From NCBI GenBank assembly GCA_018238545.1, contig JABCTC010000017.1, positions 1 to 64,000 of the forward strand: 64,000 nucleotides of DNA. Reading direction: 5' to 3'. The stretch's first letter is position 1. Every line of letters begins with the position of its first letter. Source of the DNA: Candidatus Heimdallarchaeota archaeon. Lineage in GTDB: Archaea > Asgardarchaeota > Heimdallarchaeia > Heimdallarchaeales > Heimdallarchaeaceae. Below are positions 59,163-64,000 of this stretch, piece by piece. The notes below the pieces were generated by a model that had not been told where the DNA came from, did not search any database, and was given only the letters and a program-made list of their open reading frames with translations. A program made the translations under genes and the position numbers.

Positions 59163-60686
59163 GTGATTTCATTGGTAAAAAAACGAACGTTCTCAGCTAT
59201 AACAATATTAGTTTTGATGTGTAGTATGAGTATTATAACCCTATCTCAAAGCAAGATTGAACAACCTTCGACTCTACCCAGATTCGATGCAGCATATAGA
59301 CCTATATATGCTGGAGGAGATGATAATACAACAGTAGTGGTTGCAAGAAATGATGCAGTATTTAACGGCTCTATAATAAAAGCTGATGCACCTCTTTACT
59401 CAAATATGACAACAAATGTAACTATCTGGTACAAATTTAATGGGGGAGATAACGAGTCAGCGCCTTTATTGTTTGGTGATGAAGGAACAACTATTCCTGA
59501 TGGTTTAAGCTGGAACGATCCAACTTTAATGACTTATGATAACGAATCCACAGTTGAAATTGGTTTTGATGTTTATGCGTATTATAATTATACATTTAAC
59601 TTAAACTCCTCATTTATATCATTCTACGCAAGGTATGGTGAATATGAAGATGATTTCAAAATACCAAATATTATCACCACAGGTGTATGGTTAGAATCCT
59701 ATTTTGTTCAAGAAGAATACACCCAGTATGAGGATATTGAGTTAGATATTATTTTACATGATTACAATATCACCGAATATGGTTTAATGTATAGAGAAGT
59801 AGAACCAACACATAGTCTCCCATTTGAGAATGTAACATACTCTCTTTCTGATGAAGGTGTTCAGACAAATGTAACTGCAGCAATTGCTCATTCTTTTGAG
59901 GTTGGAACTGAATTAGAAATTAGATCATTTATTGTTCACTATGATAACATAACTTCAGAAAACAGGATTCTAAGAGAAAACAAAGTTCGTCTAATTACTC
60001 TAGTCGATGGTAATCCTGATTTAACAATTGACACAGAACTCTTCACTAATTCTAGAGAAATAAGCATTAATTGGTATGCTGAAGCCATTAACTCGAATAT
60101 TACAGCTGTTGAAGTTGATTGGGATGACGGTACAGGTGTAGAATCAATTTCTAATGTATCGATATTTATTATTGCCCACGAATATGCTAGTAGTGGTGAA
60201 TACAATATTTTTGTAACTGCTTATGCAGGACTTGGAGTTACAACAGAGAATATCACTATTCTAATAGAGACTATAGCACCAACGGGGACAGTTTTCATTA
60301 TTGATGAAGCAGGAAATTCAATTGCACCAAATGCAACGGATACTGTTGATATCATCGTTGAGAAAAAGGAACTTAGGTTCAATGTTTCAGGTGTTGACGA
60401 AATAGGTGGTAGTGGTGTAGAAAAACTCGTCATTGAGACTGATGAAGGTAATATTATTGAAAGTCCAGTGGACAAAGTGATAACTATACCATTCCTCGAA
60501 TATGGTTTCCATGTTATAACCTTCAAAGTAGTAGATTTCGCAGGTAATGAATATTCTTTTGTTGTTTATGTAAAATTAATTGAAAAAGAATTACCAACTT
60601 ATGCCGGTGTTCCATTTCCATTTGGGTTGGTTACTGTTGTAGGTCTTATTGCTGTTACTTTGATTTATCTCAATAAAAGAAGATAA
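59163..60686 (+). CDS. Secreted glycoprotein with a PKD/Ig-like domain and a C-terminal TM sorting-like tail
   Basis: Signal peptide, many N-x-S/T sites, VDWDDG...HEYASSGEY, PFPFG-TM-KRR. Confidence 0.75.
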   Translation: MISLVKKRTFSAITILVLMCSMSIITLSQSKIEQPSTLPRFDAAYRPIYAGGDDNTTVVVARNDAVFNGSIIKADAPLYSNMTTNVTIWYKFNGGDNESAPLLFGDEGTTIPDGLSWNDPTLMTYDNESTVEIGFDVYAYYNYTFNLNSSFISFYARYGEYEDDFKIPNIITTGVWLESYFVQEEYTQYEDIELDIILHDYNITEYGLMYREVEPTHSLPFENVTYSLSDEGVQTNVTAAIAHSFEVGTELEIRSFIVHYDNITSENRILRENKVRLITLVDGNPDLTIDTELFTNSREISINWYAEAINSNITAVEVDWDDGTGVESISNVSIFIIAHEYASSGEYNIFVTAYAGLGVTTENITILIETIAPTGTVFIIDEAGNSIAPNATDTVDIIVEKKELRFNVSGVDEIGGSGVEKLVIETDEGNIIESPVDKVITIPFLEYGFHVITFKVVDFAGNEYSFVVYVKLIEKELPTYAGVPFPFGLVTVVGLIAVTLIYLNKRR

Positions 60687-60751
60687 ACTCTTCTCCTTTC
60701 TCTTTTTCTTTTGTAAAACCTTTTTAGTATCTTCTGACTATAATTATTAGC

Positions 60752-61312
60752 ATGTCTAGTAAGTATAATCCTAACCAGTTGATGAGTGAGGAAGAAATTG
60801 TGAAGTATTTACTTGACTCATTAGATGATGATAGAAAGGACTTTAGCATTTTTGCTATCAGACAACTTAAACATTATCATTCATCGAAGATAATAGAAAC
60901 ATTGCTAGAGATTGTAGAAAGGGACGGAGATATAGATAAAACAATTGCAGCTCTAGGTTCTCTGCAGAAACGAAAACCCAATTTTTATGCTAAAAATATA
61001 ATCCTAAAACAATTATTATCTCCTGAGGAAGAAGTCCGGACGGAAGCAGCGCATATTCTCCTAGAATATGATGAAAGCATAATACCCGATTTAGAAAAAA
61101 TATACTGTAATGATACACCAAATTATGCCATAGATAAAATCGTTTGGTTACTAGGTAAGGTTGGAAATCCTGATACTCTGGAAACATTAAATGATTATGA
61201 AGAAACCATACAAGAAAAAAACCGGTCTACACTAGAAGATGCAATTGAGAATATTAAAAGAAAGTACACTAAATTGATGTTCAAAGAGATAGAAAAAAAA
61301 GATGAAGATTAA
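60752..61312 (+). CDS. HEAT-repeat protein
   Basis: EEVRTEAAHIL and VWLLGKVG motifs. Confidence 0.75.
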   Translation: MSSKYNPNQLMSEEEIVKYLLDSLDDDRKDFSIFAIRQLKHYHSSKIIETLLEIVERDGDIDKTIAALGSLQKRKPNFYAKNIILKQLLSPEEEVRTEAAHILLEYDESIIPDLEKIYCNDTPNYAIDKIVWLLGKVGNPDTLETLNDYEETIQEKNRSTLEDAIENIKRKYTKLMFKEIEKKDED

Positions 61313-61699
61313 CTATTCCTTCCACGCAATTGCAGAAATTTCTACATCAACATCTAAAGGTAGTCTAGCAACTTCAATAGCGGCCCTGGCAGGAGGTTTT
61401 TCACCAAAAAATGACCCATAAACTTCATTCATTTGTTTAAATTCATCCATATTTTTAAGATATACCCTACATCTTACTAGATCATCCATAGAATAACCTG
61501 CTTCCTCTACTATTGCTTTCAAGTTTTCCATCACTTGCTTTGTAGCGCTTTGTATATTACCTCTAATTATATCTCCTGTGGAAGGATTTGCAGGGATCTG
61601 TCCAGCAATAAATAAGAATTCACCAGCTTGAATAGCTTGTGAATATGGACCAACAGGAGAAGGTGCATTTTCTGTTAAAATTACTTTTTTAGATGACAT
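61313..61699 (-). CDS. ridA: RidA/YjgF reactive intermediate deaminase
   Basis: [25 protein letters not shown]. Confidence 0.93.
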   Translation of the reverse strand: MSSKKVILTENAPSPVGPYSQAIQAGEFLFIAGQIPANPSTGDIIRGNIQSATKQVMENLKAIVEEAGYSMDDLVRCRVYLKNMDEFKQMNEVYGSFFGEKPPARAAIEVARLPLDVDVEISAIAWKE

Positions 61700-61740
61700 G
61701 TTCTAAAATTTGCTTTTGATATAATAAACATTATCCTAAA

Positions 61741-62616
61741 TCAATTATCTGTAAGATTCTGAAGAATGAAATAGATTAAACCAACCGCAAAATTAAGAAC
61801 AATTCTATCTTTTCTAGAATATTTTGTTTCAACTATATCAACATATATTGTCTTAGGAAGGATGATTTTAATGACTTCCATCAATAATTGAGGAGTAAGT
61901 CCAAAAGGTTCTGCTGTTGCTAGAGTTGGCACAAAGGCTTGATCTAGAGTATCGAGGTCGATTGAAAGGAATATTCGATCAAACTTTTTAACAAAATTCT
62001 GTATGACCTTTAATGATTTATCTTTCTCAGAAAATAGTTTGTGCGTAGGCATAAATTCGATATCATCACTACTTAATTTTTCGTGTTCTTGTGATGTCTG
62101 TGTATATGCATGGCCACCAATAAGGAGCATCTGACTTGCATCTAATTTCAAATCTTTCTTAAGATTAGCAAAAACCGTACCATGTGAATAAAAAACATTT
62201 GGAGGGTATTCATCATTTAGATCTGCATGTGCATCTAGCCAAATAACAGCAGTTTTTTCATCCCAAGGCGCAGCTGAAAGCATATCAAAAGTTATGCTGT
62301 GATCCCCTCCTATAGCTATTAGTTTATTGTTATTGCTCGATACTTTTTTCCAAAGCTGATTTATTTTACTAGTTTCCTTGATAGAATCAATATCTCCGAT
62401 GTCATAAAAACTAGTTTTGCATTTGGAAATATTAAATTCAGAAGAAATACCACTGAATTCGAGTGACTGTTTTCGAATTTCTTTTGGAGCTTTTCTAGAA
62501 CCTCTACGAGTAGTCTTTGCTTTCTCTATCGGAACTCCTACCAGTATGATTGAATCCTTCTCATTGAATTTAGAGAAATCTTTTACTGGATAAAAACCAA
62601 CAAATGTTCTAGTCAT
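61741..62616 (-). CDS. Arginase/agmatinase-family ureohydrolase
   Basis: GGDHSIT, DAHADL, SHGT, SIDLDTLD. Confidence 0.88.
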   Translation of the reverse strand: MTRTFVGFYPVKDFSKFNEKDSIILVGVPIEKAKTTRRGSRKAPKEIRKQSLEFSGISSEFNISKCKTSFYDIGDIDSIKETSKINQLWKKVSSNNNKLIAIGGDHSITFDMLSAAPWDEKTAVIWLDAHADLNDEYPPNVFYSHGTVFANLKKDLKLDASQMLLIGGHAYTQTSQEHEKLSSDDIEFMPTHKLFSEKDKSLKVIQNFVKKFDRIFLSIDLDTLDQAFVPTLATAEPFGLTPQLLMEVIKIILPKTIYVDIVETKYSRKDRIVLNFAVGLIYFILQNLTDN

Positions 62617-62665
62617 CTTCTATCTTTCCTTTGTATAAGATATCTCAAAGAGTCCATTGATATAA

Positions 62666-63940
62666 CTATTTCTCACGAAGATAATAATCCGGTGATGCTA
62701 CGAACCTTTTATCCTCGTCAACATCTCCTTCTTCAATATCTGAAGCTATTTCATCCATTATTTCCTTATCACTAATATCTGCAAGAATTTTTTGTTTCTC
62801 AACTGTGATAATTCGACTTAGTTCTATAGTTCTAGGTTTGAATTTAGCCATTGTTTCTTCTATTTCCTCAATTCTAGATATCTTTCCTATGAGGTTCATA
62901 AAGGTCATAACCATATCTGGACGAAGAGCTACCTGTGGTGCGATACTCATAAGTTTTCCAATTGAAATCGCTAAATTATCAATGAAATTGTTGTCTTCTT
63001 CAAACAACTTCTCAGGGTTGGAATCAACGAATGAAGCTATAAGAAGCAAATCAATTGAAGTCCATAAGTTTAGAATAGGTTTTTCTTTGAGTTCTAAATT
63101 ATGGATAACTCCAAGCTCAGTGCCTTTTACATTCTCTACAACCTTTCCTTGTATGTCAAAAACATCAGCTATGGTGAATTTTGGTGTTCCAAAATCTAAT
63201 AAAATGTGGTCACTTACAATTTTTAGACCCCCAATAGAATACAAATCATATTTAGAGCTCTCTACAATGTTTGGTAAGATACCGGTGTTTTTCTCTACTA
63301 ATATTTTCTTCAGAAGTTCAGGATTCTCGATATCTTTTGCAGACATACCAAATTCATTAGATAATTTATCAATGACAATTTTCTTTTTGTCTGCTGAAAA
63401 AATCTCTGTCCCATCAGTTGTGTCATCTAAATAGAGAAAATCATAAACAAAATCAAAAAGATCGTTAGATAAGTTTAATCTCTTGGATACAAGAAAATAG
63501 CCTTTACTTGGATGATATATCACAGAATTAGCTGTTCCAACAATCTGATTGAATATATTCTTAATCTGCAAGCCTTGTTTTTCTGAAAGTAAGCTAGTGA
63601 AATTATTGCTCTCAGTAGAATTATAAAATGGTAATAAATCACCACTTAATACAATATTTTCATTGTTGATTCTGATTTCACGTTGAGTTTTTGAGGTAGA
63701 TTCAAGAGGAACAAAGAGATAATTGTCTGGTTGACGCATAACTTTCTTTAGGTCTCCAGTTAATTCCACATCCTTTCTTTTACAATATTCAATTATAGCC
63801 TCAGGTATGAGGAAAGTGAAAGGAACTTGAGGAAGGGTCTTAACTAATTCACTCAAGATATATTCTTTCTTATCTTCTTCAGTTTCTTTACCTTCTGATT
63901 CCTCGGGAGATATAATATTATCATAAATTCTCCTTATCAT
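62666..63940 (-). CDS. Hypothetical protein, possibly with PRC-barrel-like segments
   Basis: 424-aa ORF; DIQGKVVENVKGTELGVI pattern. Confidence 0.6.
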   Translation of the reverse strand: MIRRIYDNIISPEESEGKETEEDKKEYILSELVKTLPQVPFTFLIPEAIIEYCKRKDVELTGDLKKVMRQPDNYLFVPLESTSKTQREIRINNENIVLSGDLLPFYNSTESNNFTSLLSEKQGLQIKNIFNQIVGTANSVIYHPSKGYFLVSKRLNLSNDLFDFVYDFLYLDDTTDGTEIFSADKKKIVIDKLSNEFGMSAKDIENPELLKKILVEKNTGILPNIVESSKYDLYSIGGLKIVSDHILLDFGTPKFTIADVFDIQGKVVENVKGTELGVIHNLELKEKPILNLWTSIDLLLIASFVDSNPEKLFEEDNNFIDNLAISIGKLMSIAPQVALRPDMVMTFMNLIGKISRIEEIEETMAKFKPRTIELSRIITVEKQKILADISDKEIMDEIASDIEEGDVDEDKRFVASPDYYLREK

Positions 63941-64000
63941 TGAAAGGGAAATCTCTTGTTGTTGAAGAATTAGTATTCCATACTTTTCATTTAGCTTAGC

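Noticed and set aside
62805-63434. Long antisense ORFs (also 4466-4864, 9511-9924, 17032-17910, 59939-60526 and others)
   Set aside because: They are shadow frames of well-supported genes on the opposite strand.

Overview
Low-GC archaeal chromosomal window. An Asgard/Heimdallarchaeia-like origin is inferred from gene content (many HEAT-repeat proteins, PAS kinases, AOR, a PARP-type zinc finger) and is not proven. The flanks (1-23.1 kb, 38.8-64 kb) are mostly housekeeping and accessory metabolism: ABC and MFS transporters, a TPP enzyme, TrxB, malic enzyme, homoserine dehydrogenase, AOR, TldD/PmbA, RidA and an agmatinase-like protein. They also hold decayed genes: an internally deleted tnpB, a PadR remnant and a doubly broken sugar-type MFS gene. 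The centre (~23.17-38.7 kb) is an integrated ~15.5 kb mobile element bounded by a TGCCTTACAT direct repeat. It encodes a compact serine recombinase, an MCM-like AAA+ helicase, a wHTH/Rep_trans-like protein, about six ribbon-helix-helix domains and a ClpP-class protease. It also carries an origin-like non-coding region with parS-like palindromes and a cas-less 4-repeat CRISPR mini-array. Finally, a cassette bracketed by a duplicated small gene encodes a secreted CHAT/caspase-like protease fused to a hydrophobic pore-former-like domain, followed by a putative immunity protein. The most promising new biology is this element, which appears doubly armed with a mini-CRISPR and a candidate self-processing archaeocin/immunity pair. 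All family calls are by motif recognition; no database searches were run.
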